Assembly: GCA_964016885.1 (NCBI GenBank)
Contig: OZ024744.1
Coordinates: forward strand, 62,868,001-62,932,000
DNA length: 64,000 nucleotides
Reading direction: 5' to 3'
DNA from: Eledone cirrhosa
Taxonomy: Eukaryota
The position numbers were made by a program, and so were the translations under genes. The notes under the pieces were generated by a model. That model saw only the letters and a program-made list of their open reading frames with translations. It had not been told where the DNA came from and did not search any database. Shown one piece after another: positions 40,611 through 54,601 of the stretch; position 1 is the stretch's first letter, and each line of letters opens with the position of its first letter.

Positions 40611-40712
40611 ATAAATGATTTAAACTGAACTTTGATTAATGTAATTTCTATAATTTTTATATATATATATACATATATATATACATATATACATACATAT
40701 ATATATACATAC

Positions 40713-40745
<33 letters not shown>

Positions 40746-41387
40746 CATACATACATACACATATACATATACATATACACACATATACATACACATATAT
40801 ATACATACACATATATATCATCATCATCACCAAAGGCAAAGTTAACCATTGAGTTCAAATCCCGCCGAGGTTAACTTTGCCTTTCATCCTTACGGGGTCG
40901 ATAAAATAAAGTACCAGTAATGCACTGAGTAATTGCTGGCCTTGTGCCAAAAGTAGAAACAATTATTATTAAAATGGTTAACTAATCAGGCATTCATCAT
41001 CATCATCATCATCATCATCATCGTTTAACGTCCATCTTCCACGCTTGCATGGGTTTGGACGGGAGTTTTCCCACCTGAGGCAAGATTGGTTGTCCTGCTC
41101 GTATAGGACTATATATATATATCATGCTATCGTGGAAAGTGGACATTAAACAAACATTGTGTGTAAAGGATAAAACAGTGGCATCACACATAAAATACAC
41201 TGTATTTAATTTTTTTTTTTATCAAAGTGTGAAGTCTTTAGGCAAAAAATTTGTCAATGGCTTCTCCCATCATTTTGAATGGAAGCAAAATAACTCCTAA
41301 CAAATATAACTACCTACATTTTTGACAATATGTGTATACTAGTGTAAGGTGTGAAAGACCAGCAGAAGAACAAACATTAATACTTAC

Positions 41388-41482
41388 TTTCCAGCTTTAC
41401 TCTTGGTGTTAAGTTCTGTCTTTAGCATATCCCTCTCTGACTGCAAACTCTCAATTTTTGATTCTAACTTATCCATTGAAGC
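41388..41482 (-). CDS. KIF4: KIF4-like exon (ASMDKLESKIESLQSERDMLKTEL...)
   Basis: cag/gtaagt, 95 nt, phase 0 to 2. Confidence 0.85.
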
Positions 41483-42982
41483 CTGAAAATTGTACAAAAA
41501 TATGACAATTATTTTATTTATCTTTTTGTAAACTTGGCAATCTTATGAAATAAATTCTAAATTTCACAGCAACAATAGTCCATATTTTTGAATGTCAACT
41601 TTTAATATTTGTTTCCTATACAAGCATGGAAAAACGGACGTAAAATTGATGACAATGACGGGTTAGATGGGTTGTTACAGACCAAGCCAGTATTTAACCC
41701 TTTAGCATTTACATTTATCTATATTTACTATAGTATTTTCATGGTAAAGGCTTTACCTCACATAATATCGAATTTATGAGATTTTGATATTTATTTTGAG
41801 AAAAATACCTTAACATCAGTATGAGTGACCGGTCTGAACAGAAAGAAGTGAGAGAATTCTGGCTGGATACGGCCAATTTTAAGTGGAGTTAGACCTCTCA
41901 GATGACCAAGGACCTCGCATCTCATGTTCCCACACTTCCAAGTGCATCTTATCAGTGCATTAGCACAAGGGAGATAGTTGCATCTTTGACACAGTTGAAG
42001 GGTCCTCCCAACCGTGTTTGGCAGGATTTCTACAAACGGATGCAATTGCTATCACTAACCACTTTACAGAGTGTACAGGTGTGTTGTTACTAGGAGGTTA
42101 TGTTTTTGAAACAACTGAAGAGTTTTCCTAACATTTACATAAATGTTGTTACATATTCAAAATGGACAAATCTTTATATATTCTTGTTGATAGCTCACAC
42201 CCATGTAGTTTTAGCTAGTCTCCTTTGAGGTTGTATCTCATTGGAAGTTTCTCAGGTGTTTTTTAACGATAGGGGCCTGGTCATATAAAAAGTACACCAT
42301 TGAACTGGACACTAGTCTGTTGCAGGAATCAACCTCCAGCTGCTGTTGTTTATAGCCTTTCTGTTTTCTAAGAAATTAAATGTCTTGTGGAAGGAATCAA
42401 AAACGTGATCTTAAAAGTTCAACACTAAGCCATGCATCAAGACTGACTGAATAAATGTCTTAAAATATTGATTTAACCATTTAGCTTTTAAACTGGCTGT
42501 ATCCAGCCAGAATTATCTCACTTCTTTCTGTTTAAGCAGGCCGTAACTGACCGTTCATAACAACGTTCAGATATTGTTCTCAAAATAAATAACAAAATCT
42601 CAGATTTGATATGTGAGGTAAAGCCTTTACCGTGAAAATATAATAGTATATAAAGAGTAATATAAATGCTAAAGGGTTTTTAAAAAAAACGAAAGACATG
42701 AATAGGATGTTGAGTGATCGCAATTGTTTCTGTATTATCATAGTGACATTTCTATGCATCTCACTATAGCAGATTTTTGGGGGGTTTGTTTGTTGAAATT
42801 CAGAGCCTCCACTCTATAATTCAAACTGATAGAAATACCATCCAAATTGCTTTAGAATTTTACCCACAAAGGAAAGTAAAAAGGTAAAACATGGCTAAAA
42901 TATATTCAATCATAAGTTTGCTGAATCTGGGTTGGCCTGGAGCTAAAACAACAACTACAGCAGCACAGTTTATAGGACTTAC

Positions 42983-43141
42983 CTGATATTGATTTTTCAA
43001 TAATTCTATATTTTCATCAGAGTTATTCATCTGCCGTACAAGGTTCATTTTCTTATTGAGAACTTCATTGATTTCTTTCAATTCTTTCCCCAATGCTGCT
43101 TGTTTCATAATATGTGTCAGTGAAGTATCCTCTATATCATC
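42983..43141 (-). CDS. KIF4: KIF4-like exon (DDIEDTSLTHIMKQAALGKELKEINEVL...LKNQYQ)
   Basis: cag/gtaagt, 159 nt; resembles the KIF4 segment [23 protein letters not shown]...QYQ (recalled, not searched). Confidence 0.85.
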
Positions 43142-43527
43142 CTGTTCACAGAGAAATTAATTGAAATGAAATTTTTAGCTCACACCTATGTAAGTTTAGT
43201 TGGCCTCCAGTATAGTTTGCATTGCCATAGGAGCTTTCTGGACTGTTTTGTATAAACAGTATGAAATAATGACATTACCCATTATATGACAGATTACATT
43301 TGTATAAAGAAACACATTGTGTGCGTGTGTGTATACAGTGTAATCTGTCATATAATGGGTAATTTTGGAAATATTCTTGAGAAAGAAAAAAATATATATA
43401 TATATATATATACAAATAAAACTCATATTGATACCCATATTACTAACTCATTGATACCCTGTAATTAACAAGCTCAAAGTATAAATACTGAGCCTTATAT
43501 AATAATATATGTAGAAAGAAATAAACA

Positions 43528-46500
43528 TATAATTCTGTCTCACTGTTCTAAAAAATCTTCTCCACGCTTGTTCTAAATAATCTCGCTACCATTTTGGCTG
43601 AAAATTTATCCAGGATTCATAAAAATGGCTTCTCTCTCTCTTGGCCTTCTAAAATTGGTATCACCCCCACTCTCTATCATATACGTCACTCTCTCAATCT
43701 CTCTCTCACTCCCTACTAGCACCAAATATAAATAAGCCTGCTCCTCGCTAACTACCTCATACCCCTCTCTCCACCTTTATTATTTGGACCAATCACAAGT
43801 CAACGGCCTATGCTATCACTTCTGGTTGCTTTTCGATATGATGGATGGACTAAGGAATTTCTGGAGAGTCTGAAGAATCTGGACACTCAAAGACAATGCC
43901 AAAGATAACGACACATTCACCTCATGCTGCCGGACGAAAGGGCAAAGCCCCCTCCTCTTTGTTGCGGCCGCGGATGGTCAACATAACCCCAACCCCAGCC
44001 CCGCGCCCCACCCACCAAACGCAATCCAAAACTTCAGAGTTGGTACCATGAATGTACGCACCTTAAAAGGCCGCTCTAACGAGGTTGTAGAAATGCTTGA
44101 ACGTAACGAGGTTGATGTTTACTGTATCCAAGAGACCAGGTGGAGCGGTGGGTCTGCTAGATTCATTGTGGGTAAAGAACGATGCTATAAGCTTTTCTGG
44201 GTGGGAAATGACAATGGGCTGGGTGGAGTAGGAATAATGGTAGCAGAAAAGTGGGCAGATAAGATAATAGATGTAAATAGAGTGAACGACAGAATAACTA
44301 AAATAAGACTTGTCCTCAATAGAACTACGGTGACAGTAATATCTGCGTACGCACCCCAATCCGGACTGCCCGGCACTATCAAAGACAGATTCTATGAGAC
44401 ACTGATGCTCACTACCTCCCAAATAACCGACAGTGACTATATAATTATTGCAGGCGACCTAAATGGTCACGTTGGACAACATTGTGACGGCTATGACGGA
44501 ATCCATGGAGGCTATGGGTTTGGTACTAGAAATGAGGAAGGCTCCAGAATCCTGGAATTCTGTGACGCAAATAACCTAACTATCTGTAACACTAACTTCA
44601 AAAAACGAGACAATCACCTGATCACCTATAGATCGGGGGAACACACAAGCCAGGTAGATTATATCCTTACCAGAAGACGTGACAGAGTGTCTGTTGTAAA
44701 CACTAAATCCCTCCCCCATGAAGAATGCACCTCCCAACATAGACTGATAATTAGCGACCTCATATTCAGGACGAGACGTACTCGACAGCAGAAAAGGACT
44801 ATCCTCAGGAGAAAAATATGGAAGCTAAAGGACCCCACAGCCAGAAATAAATTTAAAAGCATATTACTTGATGCTTTCGACAGTAAGGAAGAGCATTTAG
44901 AGTCGTACAATATAGAGGAACAGTGGGAATTCGTGAAAGCAAACCTGCTGATGGCGGCAGACGAAGTCTGTGGCTGGAGCAGGCCTATAGGCAGGAGGAG
45001 AGTAACATGGTGGTGGTGGAACAGTAAGGTGGAGGAGTCAATTAAGGCCAAAAAGCAGGCTTGGAAAGTATGGCGGGATGGGGAAAGTAGAGAAGACTAT
45101 CAAGTGGCCAGGAGGGAAGCTAGGAGACAAGTGTACTTCACAAGAAGGGAAGCAAAGGAAAGAAAGTTCAAGCATGTTCTACAACGCAAGGACCAAAAAC
45201 GTGAGGTGTTCAGGATTGCTAGGCAATGTGTCAAGGAAAACCGTGATATTGTCGGGGAGAAGTGTGTACTTAATGATGATGGCGTACTTGCCATCACTGA
45301 CGCTGATAAGAAGGTAGCTTGGAAGTGTCACTACGAAAGGCTACTAAATGAGGAGAATAAATGGGAGAAAGACAGTCTCCCCCACATCGACCCAATAGAG
45401 GGACCAGCAGTGTTAGTCGAAGGTAGTATAATAAGTAAGGCAATCAAAGATATGAAGACGGGTAAGGCGGCTGGGCCTTCGGAAATAGTTGCTGAGATGC
45501 TGAAAGCCTCTGGAACGGTGGGACAAACTATGGTCACCCGGATAGTAAACCAAGTCATACAGAATGGGGTTGTTCCGAAGGACTGGCGTAGCAGCATCAT
45601 CATTAACTGCTACAAGTGTAAAGGAGATGCCCTAGATAGGAGTAACTATAGAGGCATTAAATTAATCGACCAGGTCATGAAGGTCACGGAAAAAGTAATA
45701 GCGCAACTAATCAGAGAGAGAATTGATCTAGATGAAATGCAGTTCGGGTTTGTGTCAGGCAAAAGTACCACAGACACTCTTTTCATTGTATGACAACTAC
45801 AGGAGAAGTACCTAGATAAAAGTAAATCCCTATACTTAGCTTTTGTCGACTTGAAGAAAGCCTTCGATAGAGTCCCCCGTTCCATTATCTGGTGGGCTCT
45901 TAGAAAACTAGGTGTTGACGAATGGCTTGTGAGAGCTATACAAGCCATGTATAAAGAAACAGTCAGCAAGGTTAGAATTAACAACGAATATAGTGAAGAG
46001 TTTAGCGTAAAAGTTGGTGTTTATCAGGGCTCTATTCTTAGCCCCCTACTATTTATTATTGCCCTTCAGGCTATAACAGTGGAGTTCAAGACCGGCTGCC
46101 CATGGGAACTCCTATACGCAGATGATCTAACGCTCATAGCTGAATCAATGGCTGAACTAGAGAAGAAATTCCAAACATGGAAGCACGGCCTAGAATCAAA
46201 AGGCCTTAAAATTAACATGGCTAAGACTAAAGTTCTAGTTTGGAGGAAGGAAAATAGGGCGCCGGTCCCATCCAGGAAATGGCCATGCTCAGTGTGTAGG
46301 AAAAGAGTAGGTAGAAACTCCATTTTATGTCCCAAATGCAAAGTATGGGTGCATGAAAGATGTAGTGGGATCACAGGTAAGCTAACTAAGAACATAGATT
46401 TTATATGTGGCCGGTGCTCTGGTGCAATAAGTAGCAGCAAGTGCCCACAAAATACTAGCTCTTTCAATTGCACAGATGGTTCTATAGAAATAGTGGACAG

Positions 46501-47382
46501 CTTCCGTTACCTGGGTGACAAAATCAGCAGTGGGGAGGGTGCTCTGAAAGTACAGTAGCTAGAGTCAGAACTGGATGGAAAAAGTTCAGAGAGCTTATAC
46601 CACTATTAGCCGCTAAATGGTTCTCCCTAAAAATGAAAGGCAGGCTGTATGATGCCTGCATACGAACATCAATGTTGCATGGCAGTGAGACCTGGGCATT
46701 GTGTGCAGAGGATATACGCAGACTAGAGAGGAACGAAGCTTGCATGCTCCGCTGGATGTATAATAGTAATACACGTGAAGGGCAAAGCATAAATGAACTA
46801 AGGGAAAAATTAGAAATAAGAGGGATCAGATGTTGTTTACTCGAGAGAAGGCTACGTTGGTATGGTCACGTGATGCGCATGAAAGACGGCAGCTGTATAA
46901 AAAAGTGCAGGGCAATAAAAATAGACGGTAGCGACGGAGTAGCAGACCCAGAAAAACCTGGGACGACTTGATAAATTCCGACCTCACACACTTACACCTC
47001 TCCAAGACAATGTCACTGGACGGAGACCTTTGGCGCTACACAGTTATACAGAAGACCCGCCCTGCCTAAGTACAAAGCGAAACCTACTACAGTCAGTAGG
47101 CACCTCTAACAAAATACACCCCCACCCCATCCACACCACCCCCTTTCAATGTAAAGTTATGTTGGTACCACAACATCTAGCCTGTAAATAAATTATATAT
47201 TAAAAACATTATAAGTCGTATACGTGGTTGGTGTTAGGAAGGGCATCCAGCTGTAGAAAACCCACCAGACAGTCCTATGCGAGCAAGACAACCACTCTTG
47301 CCTCAAGTGGGAAAACTCCCGTCCAAACCCATGCAAGCGTGGAATATGGACGTTAAACGATGATGATGATGACGATGATGAT
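43528..47382 (+). mobile_element. Full-length RTE LINE with a premature stop and frameshifts
   Basis: ORF 44048-45793 (CIQETRW endonuclease, RT start), stop at 45791-45793, RT continues 45851-46971; (TGA)n tail. Confidence 0.95.
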
Positions 47383-47827
47383 GAAACACAGTAAATTGTG
47401 TGTCTAAAATTACAAGGGTTGAAGTACCACATTGGTTTGATAAATTTAACCTGAAGCAAACAGAAGATATAGAATATATATACACAGACCGTCTCAATAA
47501 CTATTTCATATCTCAGACAGATTAGAGATTTTATCTGTTTCGCCCTGAAAATTGTGTTTGTAACAGATAATCCGTAGGCTATCCTCAGTGAGAGACAAGA
47601 TTAAATGGAACAAGCACATACAACTAAAAGCCACATGAATGAATATTTCACCTCGTGCACTGGACGTTTGAAGTGGTGTGAGTGGATATGCTAAAAATAA
47701 TAGCCTTAATACACCCAACTTATAAGCTCACCTAGTTAGGGAGACGAAATACAAATAAAATACAGAGTTACTAACTCATATTGATACCCTGCAATTAACA
47801 AGCTCAAAGTATAAATACTGATCATTA

Positions 47828-48223
47828 TCTATAATATTATAAAGCTGAGCGTCGTATGTATGTATCCTACACACCTCCCTATAGTTTCTTAGCTTTTTCC
47901 CTATCTCTATAATAGATCATTCCCCCTCTCTATAATTTAACTGCTTTACTCTCTCTGTCGCTCTTCACTCTCAATATGACAAAACTGTTTTAGTTTCTGT
48001 ATCTCCCTTCATATATACACAGAGAGATTTAGAGAAAGATTAGGAAAACTACACACACACACACACACACACACACTTTCACACCTGATTTCGCCAATTG
48101 CCGGATAACATCAAAACAAAACACAGACACATATCTATACTTATAAAGCTGACGGTCGTATGTATGTATGTACTCACACAGACACACATCTAAAGAGAGA
48201 CAGAGGGAGAGGCATATATATAT

Positions 48224-48258
<35 letters not shown>

Positions 48259-49860
48259 CAATTAAAGTGTCACAAAAGTCTAGAATCATCTTAACCCTTT
48301 AGCATTCGCATTAATTTTCAAATGTCATGCGTATCTGTTCGCATTATTTTCAGTTAATCATACTCAAGAGGGTTATCAATTTTATTTGTTTGTAATTTTC
48401 TTAATTTTCTATGTGCAGACTTGAAATTGTCAGTAGATGTTTAAATATCAAAAATTTACAATTATATAATTTTACCTGATTTTTTTGGTCAAATTTGACT
48501 TTTATGGGCATGTGAAATTAATTAATAGGGGCATTTGAAGTATCAACCAGGTGCAAATACTGGTTTAATTTTGAATACGTTGTTTTCAGCATAATACTTG
48601 ATATATAAGGATCACTAAACCTTATATCAGTGCCATAACTTCGAAGAAAGTTTGTGGTAAAATCAAAAAGAAATAATCCAGTGCTTTAGCATCGGGAGCT
48701 AATGTGTGTTGTGGACCAGTAATTTGAATAAAATCGGGAACATATATTAGTGTGGTATTTTTAAATCAGACCCAGAAAAACCTGGGACTTGTTAAAATCC
48801 AACCTCACACACTTACACCTCTCCAAGACAATGTCACTGGACCGAGATCTTTGGCGCTACGTAGTAATACAGAAGACCCACCTTGCCTAAGTACAAAGCG
48901 AAACCTACAGTCAGTAGGCACCTCTTAACCAAAATACACCCCGTCCCACTAACCCTACTCCCACCGCCATCTATGGTGTATATTAATTTAGCTTTTTGAG
49001 GATAGTGTCATGTTATTATTGACCTAATTCAGATGACGGAGTGTCAACCTATTCTCTCAGGCTGTTATTTGCATTTATTTTTGTTTGTTGTTTTTTTATA
49101 TTGCTTTGTAATGCTTTTTTTCACGATATTTTCCAAGAAAATTAATTTCATCATGTCACCAAAACACCGCTCATCTATTGGAGGAGTTACAATGTCTGCC
49201 AAACAGTTAAAATCTTCAAGCGAAAGAGAAACTCACGAACAATATAAAATTAAAAAATTGGGAATAAAGGGACAAGTCAACATCGTGACATTCAGCAGAA
49301 TATGAGACGGGAAACAGAAAGGTTATGACAACAAGAAATACCATCGCAACATTCTGAAAGTGTACAGAGCCTAAGTCAGGAAACAGAAAGATTAATGCAA
49401 AAAGAAAGACTACTGCAATATAAACAAAAGTTCAAATTTGAAAATCACCAAGAGGCAATGAGAGTTGCGATGCAAACTCGACGAGCACAACCGACTCTTC
49501 AAGGTAGAATAAACTGGCTAAGAGCTGCGTTTTCATATAGAAATTATCCTAAAGTCGCGATTGGTAGCATGGATATTACACTTGGCATGTGTTGCTTAGG
49601 AGGAAAGGTCAGACTTCTACTGATAGAGGACCCTCCAGCTTTTATCAATATACTGCTTACAGACCCTACTAACAAAGCTAAACACTTCAGAAGCAATGTT
49701 ATGCGGTATCTTGCTGCGTTTCAGAAGACGTCCTTTGGAGCTGAAAAAAAAATCATGCTGACTATGGTTATTTCACATTTAAAATCCAAGACCAATGAGG
49801 CCTTTTAATTGGCAGTTTACTCCCACAGCCTAATAAGGAAGTTTTATTATTGTTTTTATA

Positions 49861-49896
<36 letters not shown>

Positions 49897-50207
49897 ATTA
49901 CGGTCTCACCTCATACTGTAAACCAGACAACACATCCAATAGTCGTTTTTTTTTTTTATCCTTATTTTCTTAACTGTTCTCCCAGGCGAAGCCAGGTACC
50001 TCGGCTACTAATATTATAAAGCTGAGCATCGTGTGTATTATGTATGTATCCTACACACCTCCCTATAGTTTCTTAGCTTTACTCTCTCTGTCACTCTTCT
50101 CTCTATAATAGATAATTCCCTCTATAATTTAACTGCTTTACTCTGTCGCTCTTCACTCTATATGGCAACACTGTTTTAGTTTCCGCATCTCCCTTCAATA
50201 TATACAC

Positions 50208-50244
<37 letters not shown>

Positions 50245-50473
50245 AAGAGATTAAGAAAACTACACACACACATCTACAGAGAGAGACAGAAAAACAGAGG
50301 GAGGGGAAGAGAGAGAGAGATAGGCCGTTAGACAGAGAGATACAATTAAAGTGTTAGTTATTCAGAGAGAGCAAGAGGAGAGAGAGTCGGAAGGAGAATG
50401 TGACACAGGAGTGTGTGTGGTATCTTTGCAGTGGAGTGGTGGGGGCAGGTATACCTAGCCAGGCGCCAGCTAG
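47828..50473 (+). mobile_element. Composite non-autonomous Helitron(s) containing piggyBac and RTE fragments
   Basis: TC start, CTAG end, A|T site; MCCLGGKV and AAFQKTSFGA RepHel N-terminal remnants; 5' unit repeated near 50012. Confidence 0.8.
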
Positions 50474-50528
50474 TATAATAATATATGTAGAAATAAACAC
50501 AGTAAATATATATATATATATATATATA

Positions 50529-50930
50529 TCTAGCAACCTACATTCTGAGGGTTCATGGATACATTATCCATACGTTGCTTGGTTCAGTTCAGCCAATGCT
50601 ACCAGCGTAGGAAGATGTATCTCGACTTCCGCCCAGAGGGAAAAAATTCCCCTTATTTTCGATAAACTTTCTCTCTTGCAGCTCGACACCGTGAAGGTAA
50701 ACATCTTTTGATTTTGTTCCTTAAATATTCCAAAATGTAGCTACCGGACTTATTGCGGCCTTGGCTTCTTACTTCAGCCACCTGACCGTGTCTAAATGTG
50801 TCTATTCATTTCTCATGGCATGCCAGCCAAACCTTTGTAATCGGTTTGTAAATAAATTATATATATTAAAAACATTATAACGTCGTAGGATACAATTTTC
50901 CACAACATTGACTGCTTCATTCTCAACACA
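50529..50930 (+). mobile_element. Diverged solo LTR of the same group
   Basis: CCTACATTC...TCAGCCAAT...GAGGGAAAAAATTCCC...AAGGTAAACA collinear with the 18913 copy. Confidence 0.5.
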
Positions 50931-50971
50931 TACATCTATATCATCTGCAATACTACCTCTAAAATACTTAT

Positions 50972-51004
<33 letters not shown>

Positions 51005-51007
<3 letters not shown>

Positions 51008-52485
51008 TAATACTAGATGGCATATCAAATGATTGGTGCAGCATCATCGTTGTTAACTGCTACAAGGCTAAAGGAGATGTACTAGATAGAGGAAACTATA
51101 GGGGTATAAAACTGATGGACCAGGTCAAAAAAGTAACTAGGAGTAGTGAGTGGCTTGTAAAGGCTGTACAAGCCATGTATAGGGGAGCAGTAAGTAAAGT
51201 TAGAGTTAACAATGACTATAGCGAGGAATTTAGCATACAGGTCGGTGTCCATCAGGGCTCTGTTCTTAGCCCTCTCCTGTTTATTATAGTATTGCAGGCT
51301 ATAACAGAAGAGTTTAAGACCAGTTGCCCATAAGAACTCCTGTATGCAGATAATCTTACACCCATAGTTGAATCTATGGTGGAACTAAAGAAATTACAAA
51401 CATGGAAGCACGGCCTAGAAAGAAGATATTTTAAAGTCAGCCTGACAAAGACTAAGGCCTAATAAGTAAAAGAGAAAACAGAACCCAGATCCCTCAGGGA
51501 AATGGTCTTGCTTAGTACTAGGAAAGGTATAGGTGGAAATTCTATCCCAAATGCAAACTATGGGTACACAAGGGATGTAGTGAGATCTCACAAAGTTTAG
51601 CTAAGAATGTAGGCTTTACATGTCGCAGTTGTACCAGAAGGGCTTGGTAGAAACAGTAGAGAGCTTCTGCTACCTAGGTGACCAAATTAGTAGCAGAGCT
51701 GGTGTTGTGAAAGTACAGTAACCAGGGTCAGAACAGGATGGAAGAAGTTCAGGGAGTTACTACCACTGCTAACTACAAAAGGCTTTTCCCTCAAAATGAC
51801 AGGCAGACTGTATGATGTGTGCATACAAACAACAATGTTGTATGGTAGTGATACCTGAGCCTTGTGTGCAGAAGACTTGTGTAGATTGGAAAGAAATGAA
51901 GCTTACATGCTCCGATGGATGTGTAATAGTAATATACGTGAATGGAAAAGTATAAACGAACTAAGAAAAAGACTAGGCATAAGGGGAATCAAATGCTGTG
52001 CAGGAGAGGAGATTATGTTGGTATGGATATGTGATGCATATGAAGGATTATATGCTGCATAAAAGGTGCAGAGCACTCAAAGTCAATGGAAGCCTTGGAG
52101 TGGGGAGACTCAGGAAGATTTGGGATGAGGTGATAAAAGCTGACCATGTCCAATTGCATCTCTCAAAGGTGATGACACAGGACTGAGATCTCTGGCATTA
52201 TGTAGTGATACAGAAGCCCCAACTTTCCATGGGTACAGGCCGAAGCTGAAGCATATAGACAGTTTGCACCACCTCACCCCACCCTCCCAAATGTAAGTGA
52301 CATGACAAAAAGCATCCAGTACTTACAGTAAATGAGGTTGGTGTTAGGAAGGGCTTCTAGATGTAGAAACCAAACCAAAATCAGTTCTATGTGAACAAGA
52401 TATGGTCTCCTAACCTAGCATTGCCCACAACAACTTGTCTTACCCATGCTAGTGTGGAAAATGGATGTAAAACGGTGGTGATGAC
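51005..52485 (+). mobile_element. Degraded 5'-truncated RTE LINE
   Basis: RT motifs with many stops; family 3' end. Confidence 0.85.
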
Positions 52486-52692
52486 ATATAAATAGATCAC
52501 TTAGGCTAGTAGAGGTCTATTTTCTGGCGATATGGAGAACAGAAAAAGATAGTACAAGTGTGTGTGTATGTATGTATATATATATGTATATAAGAACCAT
52601 GAAATTCTAATCATTTTTCCAGTGTAAATATATGTAGAGAAACTAACAAGATTAGCAGGTAAAAAAAACAAAAAAAACAAAACATCACAAAC

Positions 52693-52752
52693 CTCTTCCT
52701 GTTCCATATTTCTATCTTCGACATTTTCAAGGGATAAATTTGCTTTATTCAT
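52693..52752 (-). CDS. KIF4: KIF4-like exon (MNKANLSLENVEDRNMEQEE)
   Basis: tttatag acceptor, gtttgt donor, 60 nt, phase 0/0. Confidence 0.6.
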
Positions 52753-53586
52753 CTATAAATACATGAAAATAAATACCTTTTAATAAATCCTGCATCTCTG
52801 CTTTATTGTTAACACTTTTAATATCAACTCTTTCAACACTGCAGCCCATGCTAAAGTCTTTCTTTCCTTGAGCCTTCACTACCTTGAGGTGTAAAAGGGG
52901 CCGTTGTTATGTACAGTTTGTCTTAGACTCTGCTAAGTTTAAAGTGGCCTATTCCCCTCCAAAGCTGATTTCTTCCAAAGATAAAAAGATAGAAAAATCA
53001 ACCTCAATACTAGACTGGTATTTTATCAGCCTCGAAAGAATGAAAAGTAAATTTGATTTAGCAGGATCTGAACGGTAGAGGACTGCACAAAATATCTCAA
53101 AGCATTCTATTCAACATTCTAACAACTTTGCCAAAACTCATCCCTACTAAAGGGTTCATATCTAATTTAAACTCTTGGTTCAACATGAATGATGTCATAC
53201 AATTTCCAATATATAAACGAGAGAAAGAAAGAGTATCCAGTCACCTGACATGCTAGAAATAGTTAAATCTTCCTCAGTTCACATCCTTCATAAAGATGGA
53301 TGATTTACTTGATCAAGACTGAACTAGAGTTAAACAACACATTCAGATGGTCATGGCTGCAATGTCATTCATAATAAGCCTATTGAATCCACTTAAGCCA
53401 ACAACCTTAACCCTTTTATTTGATATTTCAGAATAAAATACAAATTCAGTCATTTTAAGCTGAGCTAAACAACAAATATTTGAAGTTATCGATATATTTT
53501 TCTAAAACTTTCTAACATTCTAAAAACATTCCATCATAATTTTATGTAAGAACCTTTTTAATGTTATGTTCTGAACATTAGCTTAA

Positions 53587-54601
53587 CCCTTTAACATTCG
53601 CATTAATTTTCAAATGTCATACTTATCTGTTCACATTATTTTCAGTTAATCAACTCAAGAGGGTTATCAATTTTATTTGTTTGTAATTTTCTTAATTTTC
53701 TATGTGCAGGCTTGAAATTTTGTCAGTAGATGTTTAAATATCAATAATTTACAATTATATATTTTTTGTTAAATTTGACTTTTATGGGCAGGTGAAATTA
53801 ATTAATAGGGACATTTTAAGTATCAACCAGGTGCAAATACTGGTTTAATTTTAAATACGTTGTTTTCGGCATAATACTTGATATATAATTCCACAGTCTT
53901 GGAAATTGTTTTATACCGAACATAATATTTACAGTAAAAAATGCTTGCATTTCCACATCTGTCGGTCGCCAAACAGATCGGGTTTTCCTCGATTTGAAAT
54001 CTGTTGTTGAGCATATCGATTAATCTCTTCTGCCACAACTTCGAAGAAAGTTTGTGGCAAAAACAAAAAGAAATAATCCAGTGTTTTAGCATCGGGAGGT
54101 AATGTGTGTTGTGGACCAGTATTTTGAATAAAATCAGGAACATATATTGGTGGTATTTTTCAACCACGTTGCTGTAATATTTTCAATGGCATCCTGGAGA
54201 TCGTTTTCACTTTCAAAACAACAATCATCGTCGGATGAAATTTCAGAAATGTAACATGATTCATTTGATGATAAATCACTAACATTATCTTTTGTTTCTT
54301 GTTCATTCTGAATGTTGTCGTGTGTAAAACTTTCAAAGTCAGTATCACTACTTTCACAAGCCATGTTGATATACTAAAATCTGTTCTATTTTCAACGTTA
54401 AAAAAACGTGTTATTTCAAGTTGTTTCACTATATTAAATGTTAATTTTCCCGGTAAGGGCCTAATCTCGCAGTAACCTCGAATTGACGAGATTTTGATGA
54501 CGGTAATGTTTATTTTCAGAACGATATTTTATTGTGGGTGTTATCGGCCTGTTTGAACAAATGAAGGGGAAATAATTGCGGCCGGTTTGAACACTAAAGG
54601 G
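53587..54601 (-). mobile_element. Non-autonomous piggyBac-like element
   Basis: TTAA|CCCTTTA...TAAAGGG|TTAA; acidic N-terminus and LDYFFLF/EEINRYA transposase remnants; partial copies at 25489-26880 and 48291-48760. Confidence 0.85.
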
